64,000 nt of DNA from NCBI GenBank assembly GCA_000004985.1, contig GG738925.1; one strand, written 5' to 3'. Positions 44,487 to 57,172 of the stretch are shown piece after piece. Each line of letters opens with the position of its first letter. Within the stretch, counting starts at the first letter, position 1. Below the pieces are notes generated by a model. That model ran no database searches and was not told the origin of the DNA. It was given only the letters and a program-made list of their open reading frames with translations. Both the position numbers and the translations under genes were made by a program. The stretch is from Naegleria gruberi (taxonomy: Eukaryota).

Positions 44487-44936
44487 TTTTATTTGTATTG
44501 CAATTGGTAATTTCCCAACTATGTACTACCATATTTGGAAATTTGTGATATCTATATCACAAGAGAATCTTTGAAGGATATCTATCTCTATTATCCTTAA
44601 ATCTGTTGTTGACTGTGCAACAAATCTTCAAGAACTTGTTACATGTTTGCCTTAATATTTAACAGAATGCTACAAAGATGTTATTGTGGACCAAATTTTC
44701 CTCAATCCCAAGCAATATTACTACTTCATGAACAACGTTCCATATTAAACTGCTCCACCGAGCATGTGCTGGTATAGGAAAAACTCAGGTCATGAAACCT
44801 GAAAACAATTCGCTCAATATTAACATCACCTCGATTTATTTGGAACGGTGAGAGAAGAACTTTGGACTAGAAGAAGAACAAGGAGAGAAAAAATTGTCCA
44901 CACACACATTTCAATAGAACCGCATACACACACGTG

Positions 44937-47082
44937 ATGACCATGAGTGAAGAAAATCAACCTCAATCATCATCACGCTGCTCTTCCCCGACTTGTTCCC
45001 TTAATGATTCAGCATCCTCCTCAATAACAATGGCAACAGTATCATCGGTGGTGACTAAGAGTGATCTGATTTTGAATATTGCTGTTGGGAATAATTTTGG
45101 AGAAGAAGAAGAAGAGCGAGCAAGTGTTGTACAGAATAACTATTATTCAACTCCCTTACATACACATCGAGAAAGTGGGTTGATATCGAGTGCAGTTCCC
45201 TTCACTACTTCACCTCAACATTGTTCATCATCAACATCGATTAAGAGAATGGTTCAGATCAATATTAGTTCGGAGGTTACATTGGGACAAATGAAGAGGT
45301 GTCTCACGAATGTTATGGCTTGTGATATTCATGCTGTATTTGTGAGAGTCCTGTGTTCGAGATGTGAAAATTCATATACACTTCTTGGTGAGACCAATAA
45401 GCTCTATCTTACTGATCAATATTCGGAAAAAACAAAACTCTCATTCAGTAAGGGAGTTGAAATTGAATATAATTTTGAAATGTTGAATTCTATAAGATTG
45501 GAGTTGTATGGTTTTGCAGCAGTTACTTTGAGATCATCCATTGATTATAGTGCATCATATAGTGAGGACGCCAAGTTTATTGGTTTTTCAAGAGATATTG
45601 AACTGATTCATATTGTGAATGGTAAACAATCAAAAATTGAACTGTACTCTGGGAGAGAGACACTGATATCGAGTTTAAATTTACAAAGCGATCTCTACTA
45701 TGAGATTGGTAACAATCAAGAATTGAGAGATTTGATAGAATCAACCAAACGATGTGACCTTGCCGAGTTGGAGACATTATTGACAGAAGTGCCACCAACC
45801 ATTTTCACGGAAACAAACATGATCACTTTCAAATGTAGAGCTATGGGATTGGATAGGAAAGATATATTCGCTCTCAGTGACCCTTTTATTGTGATTTTGA
45901 ATGATGAAAAGGAAATTTTCAGGAGTGAAGTTATTAAGGTAAGTTATTTCTAAAGTTTATTATGTGAAATAATTTCTATTTTTTAAAATTTATAATATTT
46001 AGAATATGCTCGATCCTGAATGGAATAGTTTTTCGATATCTTCATCCAAGCTTTGTGAAAATGACTATAACAAACAATTGAAAGTGAGATGCTATGATTG
46101 GGATTTAATATCTAGTAATGACCTCATTGGAGAGTTTTACTTTACTATTCTCCAAGTACTCAATGGAAATAAGCTCTATGAAATTATAGAGCCAAACCTT
46201 GCCAGAAAGAAAAAGGGATACAAACACTCTGGCATCTTTCAATTTTTACATGTGACAGAGTTTATGGGCAATGAGGAGAGTAAAAATCCAGAAAGAATAA
46301 TCTATGAAAAGATGATATGTTTAAAGAAGAATAAGGAGCTACTCTTCATGGATTATATAGAAGATGGATTCAATCTCTCTCTACACTTTGCAATTAGTTT
46401 CAGTAAGGAAAATTCTTCATTACATTTTCAAGGTAACAAGAATACCTATGAAAGAGTTTTGAAAACCTTTGGAAGAGTATGCGAGTGTTATTGTGATACT
46501 GAATTTTCCATGTATGGATATTCAGCAATCCAAAGAACAGCAAGTTCTCCTCAACAACAGCCATTCTTTACCTTAGACGACATGTATATAAATTCAATGA
46601 AATTTACAGGATACGAGAGAGCAATTAATACCTACCGAACAGGTTTGCAAAATATTGATTTTGATGAATTATCAAATGTGAGAAATCCAAAAACTAATCT
46701 CAATTTTAGAAATGATGATTTCTATCACTTGATTAATCATGTTTCGAACAATGTGGAAGAAAATGAGAAAACCTACAAGGTTCTTGTTATCATGATTAAT
46801 GGAGATGATATTGAGCTACAAAGAACTGTTGATGCACTTGTCGATTGCAGTTCTAAACCCATATCAATAATAATACTAGGAGTTGGATCCTGTTCCTTCT
46901 CCTCCTGTAAAATTCTATTCAGCAATAACCAATTTCAACATGGCTCAACTGGAAAGAAACCAATTCGGTGCAATGTTAAATTTGTTAGACTTCAAGATGT
47001 AAATGAGAATGCCTATTCGAAAATACTTGCAGATATTCCAAAGCAATTTGTAGAATATTATCAAATTAATAAAGTTTTCTGA
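44937..47082 (+). CDS. copine (C2-C2-vWA/copine domain, Ca2+-dependent membrane-binding protein); 2 exons
   Basis: ATG 44937. Exon 1 ends ...FRSEVIK followed by a GTAAGT donor (45939). A 64-nt intron runs to tttAG (46002). Exon 2 begins NMLDPEWNSF..., with C2 hallmarks (ALSDPFIVILND, RCYDWDLISSNDLIGE). The C-terminal copine/vWA-like region includes KVLVIMINGDDIELQRTVDALVDCSSKPISIIILGVGS and VKFVRLQDV. Confidence 0.85.
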
Positions 47083-47166
47083 AAGGCTCGATTGCTTATT
47101 CGAAACATTTCACTCTCACATCCAATAAAGGCTTTGCTAATTGGCGCCAAAATAACGATTAAAAAA

Positions 47167-50096
47167 ATGTCGCAAGAACAAACTCTCGAACAACAAGAAA
47201 CAGTGGAGGAAGATTCTCATCTTGTGGTCGATTTGGATTCGATAGAGCATACTGTCATTGGTTTGGCATTGGAAGGTAGAGAGGAACATCCACTTGCTAA
47301 ATTCCAAACACTCTCTGTTGAGGAATTATATAAACAACACTTTCAATTGAATGGAAGTAATACAACATCAATGAAGGCTATTTTCGACAATGGTCTCGAT
47401 GATGAACAAGTTAAACAACAACGACAAAAATTCGGGGAGAATGATATTTATACAAAATTAGTGGAAAAGTCTAGTTCGAAAATTTCATTCTGGAAGGTTT
47501 TCATTTCCGAAGTGAGAGAACCAATGATTTTAATGTTGTTTGTGGTTGGAATATTATATTTCATTTGGGATTCATTGTGGAATGCTATTGTTGTGTTTTC
47601 CTGCATTATCTTGATGGTTTTGGTCGAGGTTGGAAATGAATACAGATCAAAGAGAGGCGTGATGGAGCTCAAGTCTTCTTATTTCATGTCAAAGACTTGT
47701 ACTGTAAGGAGAAATGGTATTCTTTCTAATATTTCAGTTTCTGATCTTGTTCCAGGAGATGTTATTAACTTTAATGGAGGACAAATTCTTCCAGCTGATG
47801 TGAGACTTTATAATTATGAAAATAGACAGATTAGTGTTCAAGTGGATGAATCTATTTTGACTGGTGAATCAATGGTTTGCAATAAGCATGGTAACAACAT
47901 CTCTTCGAATGAAGACATGTCAAAGTGTGAAAACATTCTACTGACAGGAACCTCAATCAAGAAAGGAAAAGGTTTCGGTATAGTAGTTAATGTTGGTTGT
48001 GAAAATACTGGACTCGGTAATATTCTCAAGCTATTAGGTAAAAGTATGGAAAAGGATAAGAAAACTGAACTCCAAAAAACTATGAAAGAACTTGCCAAGT
48101 ATTTGACAATCATATCTATTGTGATGGCTTCCATTATTGTCATTGTAGGTTGGATTAGAGGATTTGACTGGAAAAAGATGCTACTTTCAGGACTCAGTAT
48201 TATGTTTGCCACTATTCCTGAGGAATTACCAATCATCATTAAGAGCGTTCTTGCTTTGGGCTCTCTTAATCTCTCAAAAAGAGTCTTCTCATTAAGAAAC
48301 TTCATGTTCCAGAATCTTTGGCCAATATTACACATATAATAACAGATAAGACAGGTACAATTACTAAAAATTGTCTCCAACTCATTCAAGTCAATCAGGT
48401 TGATAAGGATGGAAATGTAGATCTTGTCTACGATACAAAGAAACAAATGGAAAAGAATAATTGGATTATAGAATGGTTGCTTTCTGGTTATACTGAAGTT
48501 GGTGCGGATTTAGCTGATCCATTTGAAAAGAGTGTTTCTGAAGAGTTAGAAAGATGTTCTAACCAATCGTGGAAAGGATTTTTGAAAAACAGAACTGAAA
48601 ACTCTTACAGCATTGTAGATGAGATGCCATTCGATCATACCAAAGGGTTTGCTACCCTTATTCTTTCTTCTGGAGAATCTAAGTTTGTTACTCATAAGGG
48701 AATTCCAGAGAGAATGATCACTAATTGTTTGTTCTACCAAGTATCTAATGAATCAGAACAAGTACCAATGACTGAAGAGGTAAGAGAACGTATCCTATCG
48801 TTTTTGGAGGTTGAAACAACGAAAGGAATGAGAGTAATTTGTCTATGCAAAGACAATGAACAATCACAGATGGTTTTTGTGTCATTGCTTTCATTCACAG
48901 ACCCTCTTAGAAGTGGTGTCAAGGAAGCAATTTCTGATTGCAAAAATGCAGGAATTAAGGTAATAATTGTGAGTGGTGATCACACAAACACAGTAATATC
49001 AGCAGCTAGGGAATGTGGACTATTGAGCAGTGTAAAACAAGATTTATTAGTTGAAGAGCATGAGCATTCAGAAGATGAAGACATTGAATTAGAAGCTTCC
49101 CTTCTCTCCAATAGACAATCTGTATGTATTGAAGGAAAGGATGTCAACGATAAAATGGATGTTGACTCTGTTTGTGCCATTTCGAGAGCAACACCTCAAA
49201 ATAAGTACGACTTGGTTGAAATGTTAAAAGAACAGAAGGGATATAAGGTTCTCGTCTCAGGTGATGGTATGAATGATGTTCCAGCAATTTCCAATGCAAC
49301 TGTTGGAATTGCTATGAGATCTGGAGTTGATTTGGCGAAAGAGGCAGCTGAAATCATCATAATGGATGATAATTTTGCTACCATTGTGGCTGGCATTAGA
49401 GAAGGAAGAAGATTGTATGCAAATTTGAGAAAATCTTTGCAATTCTACTTGTCATGCAAAGTCACCCTTGTTGTATTGTTTGTTACAAACATGATTGTTG
49501 GTGGTTCGAGTGCTATTCCATTTATTCCTCTCGAGCCAATGCAAATTATTCTTCTAGAACTATTTAGTGATATTGGAGCAGCCACTACCTTTGTGTTGGA
49601 AGAGGAAGAGGAAACCTTAATGAAAAATCCACCAAGGACCGAGAAGAATTTTGTTGACAAATCCTTTATTTATCACATAATAATTGGCTCCATATCTCTC
49701 TTTGCTACAGTATTCTCATCTTACATGTTAGGAGTGTTTGTGCTATCTCCAATGTATGGTCTTGAAGGTTCCTCTCACCAAGAATATGCTCAAAGTATGA
49801 CAATGATTGCTTGGCTGATTGGTCACGTCTTTTTAGGTTACAATTTCAGAACTATATCTACCCCTCTAACGATTCACGGTATTTTCTCAAACACTATGAT
49901 GAATGTTTGGTTTGCTGTTGTGTTGATTTCAGTTTTGCTACTCCAATTTGTTCCAATCCTCTACACTGCTCTGAGGTTGCAACCTTTGGGATTTATTGGG
50001 CATATTTCTATTTGGCTCCTCATTCTCATATTTATTGGATGGCAGGAAGCACTGAAATGGATAACAAGGTTATTGAAAATTAAACAAACTCTTTAA
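47167..50096 (+). CDS. P-type cation-transporting ATPase (P2-like) with a 1-nt frame disruption at about 48300
   Basis: ATG 47167. TM4 motif IPEELP, phosphorylation motif ITDKTGTITKN, and hinge motif GDGMNDVPAI. The two track ORFs (47092..48339 and 48318..50096) are in different frames. The switch needed (…SLRNF to HVPESLANITHIITDKTGT) lies at about 48298-48305, where no intron is possible. This indicates an indel at the a/t homopolymer: either a sequencing error or a recent pseudogene. Confidence 0.7.
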
Positions 50097-50488
50097 ACCG
50101 AATATATCTATTTAAGGAAGCCTAGTTATGCAAAATAATCCAATCACCACAGCTTTTCGATATTCAGTCACAGATTCTGAAACGGTCCTAATAAGAGAAC
50201 AATATTAATTATTTGTGTTAATGAAGACGATTACTGTAAAGTTGGGAGATACTGATATAATGCAGCCTTAAAACCACACGAACAAAAATGTCAGCAACTG
50301 GGCCCTATTATTCATCTACAACGGATGAAGGCACTAATATTAATTTTCCTCACCTTCATAGTTGCTCTTTTCTTTCACATTATGAGGTAGAAGTGTTTTC
50401 AAACACAAAATTACTCAAATGAACTCTCATGCATTTTAAATATTTAACAATAATTGAATATTGAATATTGTAAACACTAAAAAAATTC

Positions 50489-51052
50489 ATGATGAGGAAA
50501 TCAACAATCAAAACATCCACACCATCAGCTCTGAAACGTAATAATCTCTCCTCGCTCACACTCTCCTCTCTATATATTTGTTTCAACATTCGTCTATTAG
50601 ATTGGTTTGGTATGCATGGAATTGTCTTGTATCCTTTTGTATTATTTGCTCTCCCAAAGGATTGTCTGTACAAGGAATTAATTCAACACGAATTGATCCA
50701 TGCAAGGCAGATTAAACGAGAAGGCTTCTTCTCCTTCTACTTTTCCTATGCGAAGGAATTGATGATGAATATTGGAAGGGAATTATTGAAAGCCTTTGCA
50801 AAACAAGAACCAAAGAAGAGAAAGTCATCAAGATCAACAGCTGTTAGTATTGAAAGTAGTGGTGGTGGATTTTCTCTTGGGAAGATGATGAGAAATATTT
50901 CCTATGAAGATGAAGCCTACGGCTTGGAACATGTATCATTGTATGATGAAGAGAAGAAATATTTGAAGGATAGATTTGATATTGATATGGATGATTTGAT
51001 GACAGAGGAGGAATATAATTCGGGCGATGTTTATAGTAGTTGTGATGAATAA
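50489..51052 (+). CDS. small membrane-associated HExxH (zincin-like) motif protein, function unknown
   Basis: 187-aa ORF. Hydrophobic segment GIVLYPFVLFALP followed by LIQHELIHARQIKREGFFSFYF (an HELIH metalloprotease-type motif). Acidic C-terminus. Confidence 0.4.
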   Translation: MMRKSTIKTSTPSALKRNNLSSLTLSSLYICFNIRLLDWFGMHGIVLYPFVLFALPKDCLYKELIQHELIHARQIKREGFFSFYFSYAKELMMNIGRELLKAFAKQEPKKRKSSRSTAVSIESSGGGFSLGKMMRNISYEDEAYGLEHVSLYDEEKKYLKDRFDIDMDDLMTEEEYNSGDVYSSCDE

Positions 51053-51310
51053 TTTTCGATTTTGTGAGATTATGAAATTAATTTTGAAATTTAATATTGT
51101 TTGGTTGATGATAAGACTACTCAACTACAACAAAAGTTGATAATCTTCATCAGTAGACTAGATTGAAAGCAAGAAATCCATTGCTTGCCAAATTGCCGCA
51201 GATATTTAAACTTATTACCGTTACACTTTTATAAATTAATAAATTAATTCAATAAAATTCATTTATTATTAATAGCCTAAACCACAACCTCTCCCAACTA
51301 ACTATTATCT

Positions 51311-52030
51311 ATGATATGCCATCAAAACCTTTCAAAAGATGAAAATATAAATACTGGAAAATCAACCAACAAAAAAACCATAGAAATGGACCATCATACA
51401 AATCATCATCATTATTCGGGACAAGGCTTTAATCATAATGAAGGGAATAATCATCCCTACTATCAACCTAGAAATCCAATGAATAGAGCTAAAAGTCATG
51501 AAGATGTTTGTTTGCAGAGAATGGTTGGATTGAGAGAACAACATTCCAAGTCAACTCAACAATTAATGACTCAACTCAATTTGGCTAAGGAATTGGTTAA
51601 GGAAAGAGTGGTTATAAAAGAAAGTGCTAAGAGAAGAGAATCATCATCAGATGAGAATGTCACCCAAAACTATTCAGCCTCAGCTGATGAAGTTCAGCAA
51701 ATGAGAAGACAAAATCGATTGGGAAAAACATCATTGACAGCTATGAAATATCTCAGTAGTGTCGATCACAGGAGAAGCAGTAGTTTATTGGGAGTGAATA
51801 CAATTATTCACAAAAAGAAACCAGTCAACTGCTCTGAAAATATCCAATATTGTCAAAATGTTGAAGAGGACATCCATGGAGTGCCATTAGAAGATGAATC
51901 TAGTCAACCACCCACACAAAAAACAATTGTGGTAAACATTAATGAAAAGCTAAAAACTGGAGCAAAAAGAAGTGCAACTCAATCCAATCTCCTACACCAA
52001 CATTCATCGTCTGAATTGAAAAAGATTTAA
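51311..52030 (+). CDS. hypothetical protein (His-rich N-terminus)
   Basis: 239-codon ORF starting with ATG. HHTNHHHYSGQGFNHNEGNNHPYY. No domain recognised. Confidence 0.3.
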   Translation: MICHQNLSKDENINTGKSTNKKTIEMDHHTNHHHYSGQGFNHNEGNNHPYYQPRNPMNRAKSHEDVCLQRMVGLREQHSKSTQQLMTQLNLAKELVKERVVIKESAKRRESSSDENVTQNYSASADEVQQMRRQNRLGKTSLTAMKYLSSVDHRRSSSLLGVNTIIHKKKPVNCSENIQYCQNVEEDIHGVPLEDESSQPPTQKTIVVNINEKLKTGAKRSATQSNLLHQHSSSELKKI

Positions 52031-52509
52031 TCTCAATTTTTCATAATTAGAACACAATTGTACTAATTTGCTCACAAATTCTGTAAATATTCGCAATAAC
52101 ACATCATTGACAATTACTATTTATTAATTTAGAGTTCTCTACATATTATACAACAAACAAGATTAATTTAGGTTTACAAAAATACAATTTTGAAATCCAA
52201 TTGCCTTCACTCAAGGAAAGATAAATTATAAAGAGTAGTCAACCACGAAATGTTGCATTCAATAATACTTTCAATTTCCGTGAAAGTTAAACACATCCCA
52301 CAATCAGCGTACTCATTCTCCTTTTCGAGCGTAAAATTCCACATTAACTTTCAACTAAGCCCAAGTTTAAAATGATTCTGAAAACATGAGCGGGAAGCTG
52401 CTCGAAAACTCCCAGCTGGCATCATCGATAGAAAAAATCACACAAAGAGCCCTTGTTGTATTTCGTCTCTTTTCGAATAGTTTCAGATTTTCGCAAAAGC
52501 TTCTTGAAA

Positions 52510-53886
52510 ATGAAGAGACAGTTCGAGAGCATTGAAGATTCCAGCAGTGATTCTTCTTCATATGAATCCTCTACTACTCCTACAACAAATGCTTCATCAT
52601 CCTCCACAACTATTCGAAACAATTCTAATAACAGATCGAGAAGATATATCGATAATATTGTGCATCCCCAACCATCCTCTACTACAACACCAAGTCCTCA
52701 ACTCCATAATAACAATTCCAATAGAAACAACATAACAATTACTTCACAACAAGATTCGTATCCTTTCGTCACCTCTTCTACAAAAGTTCCAACCAACAGA
52801 AGGCATTTAAAGTTGAGAAAACAATTGAAAACATGTTCTAACTTTTCATCAAGCTACTTTGTATTGGACGTGAATGCTCCTGCTGCTAATACCATAGGAT
52901 TTATGGGATCAACGAGAGGTAATGATATTCCAGTGCTGTTGACTGATACAGTTTCGAATAGTAATCAAAGCGTAAATCATTTTCTGCCATCCTCCTCCAA
53001 TACTCCAAATACTCCATGTAAGAAGAAAACCAAAAGAGCACAAACTGGTTCAATTAACTTTGTTTCGAATAATAAGAAGGGAACTAATAAGAAATGGATT
53101 GCTTCTGTGAATACTACTGTCAGCAGTTCATCTTCAAGCCCAACCAATCCTCTTAATACCACAACTACTACAACAACTACTACTACTAACTCTACTCAAC
53201 CAACAGCTGAACAATCTTTCCTCCAACAATTAATCAATCCAATGAGTTCAATGATTCGTCCAAACACAAATAATGTACTTGTTCAAAATGTTCTTCCAAT
53301 TGGTCAAATTCAACCAACACAAAATAATCATTCACATAATCACCTTGTATCATCCATGAATCCATTCCAACATCAACAACACAATATGAATACTATCCAA
53401 TCGATGCTTCATCCACTTTCTAATAATATTTATCAATCAAATGTACAAAATACAGCTCCACAAAATCATATTTTCCCATCACTTGATACTATACTGAACT
53501 GTTATGCCAATCCTCTCTTGAATTCTCCTCCACTTGGTCAAATGACAAACTATTCCAATAACAGTCTTGATTCAAGTCCAATCACAACAACTCCATCTAC
53601 TCCTTCCAATACCACTAATAATAATGGTATTGCTTCTCCTATTTTTGGATCCTTGATCAATATGCCACAAGTTAATTCATTGACAAGTGGTAGTTCAACA
53701 GGTAATTCTTTTGGAATGCCAAATCAAAACTATAACATGGTCAATTACAATTCAGCTGCTTCAAATTCTGAAATGGTCAACCACAATCAACAAATTACTT
53801 TGGAAGATCTGCTCACTCACGATGAAGCTAGAATTTTGCTTAATACAGTTAGTTCTTACTTTAATCAACAAAACAACCAATTCTAG
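52510..53886 (+). CDS. Ser/Thr/Asn-rich low-complexity nuclear-type protein, function unknown
   Basis: ATG near 52510 (MKRQFESIEDSSSDSSSYESSTT...). Basic patches (KKKTKRAQTG), poly-T runs and Q/N-rich runs. Possibly a transcriptional regulator. No defined domain. Confidence 0.35.
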   Translation: MKRQFESIEDSSSDSSSYESSTTPTTNASSSSTTIRNNSNNRSRRYIDNIVHPQPSSTTTPSPQLHNNNSNRNNITITSQQDSYPFVTSSTKVPTNRRHLKLRKQLKTCSNFSSSYFVLDVNAPAANTIGFMGSTRGNDIPVLLTDTVSNSNQSVNHFLPSSSNTPNTPCKKKTKRAQTGSINFVSNNKKGTNKKWIASVNTTVSSSSSSPTNPLNTTTTTTTTTTNSTQPTAEQSFLQQLINPMSSMIRPNTNNVLVQNVLPIGQIQPTQNNHSHNHLVSSMNPFQHQQHNMNTIQSMLHPLSNNIYQSNVQNTAPQNHIFPSLDTILNCYANPLLNSPPLGQMTNYSNNSLDSSPITTTPSTPSNTTNNNGIASPIFGSLINMPQVNSLTSGSSTGNSFGMPNQNYNMVNYNSAASNSEMVNHNQQITLEDLLTHDEARILLNTVSSYFNQQNNQF

Positions 53887-53963
53887 AACACTATATTAAA
53901 CAATATATAGAACAACAAAATCACTTACAAATCACATTTTTACAATAAATTACAAAAAACTTG

Positions 53964-54653
53964 TTAATTTGCTACTTGTTCAAGTGAGGAAATCTTTTCA
54001 AAATGAACAAGTCCCAAGCCACTGACAATGAGTTGATATAAACTCTTATTGACAACCATATGAATTGAATATTCGTATTCAGTTTCGAATTGTCTTGTTG
54101 CTCCTTTGGTTGGAGAAGTTATACTTCCTCCACATTCTGAATAACTTGGAGTTGGAATTGCAGATCGACACTCAATTAGATCAATAGCTTCAATCTTGGA
54201 ATGTTGTGGATCCTTATTAACAATCTTAACACCAACCACATACCAACACTGTTCATGGTTGTAATAATAGACAATTATTTGAAAGTTATCGAATTCCTGA
54301 TCACAAAATCTTCCCTCTCCCTTCTTGATTCCCAATTCAAGATTGCTCTTTTCATGACAAGCTCGTTGAGTGATTTCATGTTGCACATCGTGTTCATCTT
54401 TGAATTTGAGTAAGAGTTGTTTGATAACTTCCTTCTCGTGCTGCTCAGTTGTGGGTATAATTGAGAGGAAGGTTGCAGGCATTAACCAAGTAGTTTCATG
54501 ATTGAGAGTGGAAGTTTGATTACTTGGATTAAATACTTTGCAAAATCCTGATGTATTCTCTGTTTCTTGATTACTGACTGTGGGTGGTTGATAAATGTTA
54601 GAGGTTGCAGTTTGTTGTGTTTTTTCTTGAGGTTGGGATAATTGTGTGCTCAT
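53964..54653 (-). CDS. hypothetical protein
   Basis: First ATG near 54653 (MSTQLSQPQEKTQQT...). 229 aa with no recognised domain. A mixed alpha/beta C-terminal region reads ...IIVYYYNHEQCWYVVGVKIVNKDP... Confidence 0.35.
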   Translation of the reverse strand: MSTQLSQPQEKTQQTATSNIYQPPTVSNQETENTSGFCKVFNPSNQTSTLNHETTWLMPATFLSIIPTTEQHEKEVIKQLLLKFKDEHDVQHEITQRACHEKSNLELGIKKGEGRFCDQEFDNFQIIVYYYNHEQCWYVVGVKIVNKDPQHSKIEAIDLIECRSAIPTPSYSECGGSITSPTKGATRQFETEYEYSIHMVVNKSLYQLIVSGLGLVHFEKISSLEQVAN

Positions 54654-54910
54654 CTTTAAAACTGTTTTCTTCAATTTTTATTCTTTTTTATTCAGAAAGA
54701 TTTGAATTTGTTGCCCTAATACTTGGAATGGTCAAATCAATAAAAGGATTCTTGGCATTTGGGGATTGTGCGTGATTTTGTAAACTTACCGAAAGAAATG
54801 TGAAATCCAATCTAGTGATCTTGTAGTAGAGCTTACAAAAGAAGAAATTTCTTTGTTGTAAAGATTAGTTGAATTAATTTACAAAAGAGGAAGTCCATGG
54901 ATCTCGTGCC

Positions 54911-56470
54911 CTACCTTAGGCAAATAATGGACACATCTTTGGGGCATTTGACACTTATTTCAAGAGCATTTTGAGAATTGATTTTGTAAAATTTACACCA
55001 ACCCAACCCGAAATGACTCAAATCCAATTGAATAAATCCAAGAATCGTATCAATGAAAAAGCTACTTTCACACAGCAGCGTTTCACCATTCGAAAGGAAT
55101 TGTAAAGTGCCCTCAAAATGTCCAGTAATCACAAGTGGATTCACATAACTTAGTCTGTACATAATTTTTGGCCGTGTTTTAGTGAGCTTCAAAGCATCTC
55201 GACTAAATTCATAAATTTTGGAGAGAAATTTCAATTTCACTTTCTTAACGAGATGGATTTCTTTTTTGTGGAAGGGAGTAATGGCGCCAAATCCTTCAAG
55301 TGGCAGATAATCATTCCTTGGCATTTTCGAATAGGATTCGTAGACAGCTGTTTCAAATCGGTAAATGAATCTTTTTTCATCAAAGATTGATTTCTTTTTC
55401 TTTGCTCTTCCAATCCAAGTATTTTTCTTCACTTCCAATCCAATTGTTGCATTTCCTCTGCAATTAGTTACCATATTGTGATAGTTTAGAGCTAGCGATG
55501 GATGGAATTTGGACACTAGCTGACATGCCGAATAGAATGAAATGTTACTGAGACGTATTCTTTGAGCTTTCAGAGGGGGTTTAAGATAATTGTTGAAATC
55601 CACATAATACCTCATTGCATCAATCTTTTCATAATTCACATTTTCAACATTGTAAATGGCATTTCCAAATATTACTTTGAAAAACATGAATAATATCTTG
55701 GAATTTGATAGAATGGCACCTCTTCCAGTCTTGATTGAGTAGGAAATCTTTTTCTCTTTCCAATATTTAAATAACTTATCAGTTCCACCATAAATTTCAA
55801 AAACTCCATTCAGCAATCCATTAGAAACCTTTTCATCTGAAAATGTAATCAATTCTGTTAGAAATCCTTGCTTAAACCTCGTTGATATGTTATCTGGTTT
55901 GTCATATTTCCACTCAAGTGAACTATTCTCATTCCATCCTTTCAAATCAGATTTACAAATCAATTTCATTCTCAGAACAGCTTGTTTAGAAATCCAAATT
56001 TCCAATCTGTGAATTAACATATTTGTCTTGATTGGTTCCCAACACATTACCTCACATTCCACTGGCATTTGAATTACAAATTCTGCTTCAATAGTCAACC
56101 CCAGAGACTCCTCAATTTTAACTCTTTTCAATTGTGAATCCAAAATTTCATTTCTAAATTCCTTCTTTAATTTGCCGACAAGATTTTCGACATTTTCAAT
56201 TTGTGGTGGATGTCTCTTGATGAATAGCAATATTTCATCCAGTGTTATTAATTTGGATCGGGTGATGCTATTCCACAATGAACCAAGAAAGGAATCTTGA
56301 AATTGTTTCTTTAATTCAATCGTGAATGTGTCATAATCGATAATTTGATTTTTAGCATCTTTGCTAATTGATGATGATGCCTCCGATAGTGCAAATTTGC
56401 TAATAACTGATGTGAATATTATTGTAAACAATTCTACAAGTCTATTGTGATTACAACAGAAGAAACCCAT
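54911..56470 (-). CDS. hypothetical protein (about 520 aa)
   Basis: Long ORF. First ATG near 56470 (MGFFCCNHNRLVELF...), and the track start is GTG. No recognised domain. Confidence 0.35.
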   Translation of the reverse strand: MGFFCCNHNRLVELFTIIFTSVISKFALSEASSSISKDAKNQIIDYDTFTIELKKQFQDSFLGSLWNSITRSKLITLDEILLFIKRHPPQIENVENLVGKLKKEFRNEILDSQLKRVKIEESLGLTIEAEFVIQMPVECEVMCWEPIKTNMLIHRLEIWISKQAVLRMKLICKSDLKGWNENSSLEWKYDKPDNISTRFKQGFLTELITFSDEKVSNGLLNGVFEIYGGTDKLFKYWKEKKISYSIKTGRGAILSNSKILFMFFKVIFGNAIYNVENVNYEKIDAMRYYVDFNNYLKPPLKAQRIRLSNISFYSACQLVSKFHPSLALNYHNMVTNCRGNATIGLEVKKNTWIGRAKKKKSIFDEKRFIYRFETAVYESYSKMPRNDYLPLEGFGAITPFHKKEIHLVKKVKLKFLSKIYEFSRDALKLTKTRPKIMYRLSYVNPLVITGHFEGTLQFLSNGETLLCESSFFIDTILGFIQLDLSHFGLGWCKFYKINSQNALEISVKCPKDVSIICLR

Positions 56471-56565
56471 CACTAACGATGAACACTTCGGCACTTATTT
56501 CAGGATGCAACACAAAATGCTGAAACTTCCAGCAATTTCTGGTTTGGCGCCATAATTATGAAAGA

Positions 56566-57074
56566 TGATGAAAATCTCACACGTCCTAACCATATCTTCA
56601 CACAAAACAAAAAAACCACACAACAACCACACAATGGCCACCAATTTTTTAACCATCACCAAGGAACAACTCCAAACTTCACCGAATGGCCGTGAATATT
56701 CAGCACAAGTTTCCGGAAGAGGCATTCCATTCCTCTTGAAAAAGGTTCATATTAACATTGAATTGGAAAATGATGAAGATCCATCCATTGTTGATTCACT
56801 CCTCACTATTGCTAATGACATGTTACAAAAATTGGATGTGTATGCTGCCAAGGCCACTGAAGAATTGTACGAACTTTTCAATGATGAGTGGAATGAGGAA
56901 GGAGAAGAAGTTTCCAAGGAAGATTTTGCAAAGAGATTAAAGTTGGAATCTTTAATCGTCAAAAGTTCATCAAGATTGGTCTATTTTGATGATGGAGAAC
57001 TTTTCTGTGGTCACGTTATTGAAGTCAATATTGATAATGAAGGAAATGTTGAAAGTGCTGACATTGCTGGATAA
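56566..57074 (+). CDS. hypothetical small acidic protein
   Basis: 169-codon track ORF (MMKISHV...). No domain recognised. Confidence 0.25.
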
Positions 57075-57172
57075 ATTTCAAGAGATTGATTCCAAAACAC
57101 TTTCAAAGTGCATTACAAAGTACAATATTAAAGAAGATTTCTTATTTTACAAAGTATAAATACATTTGGTTC

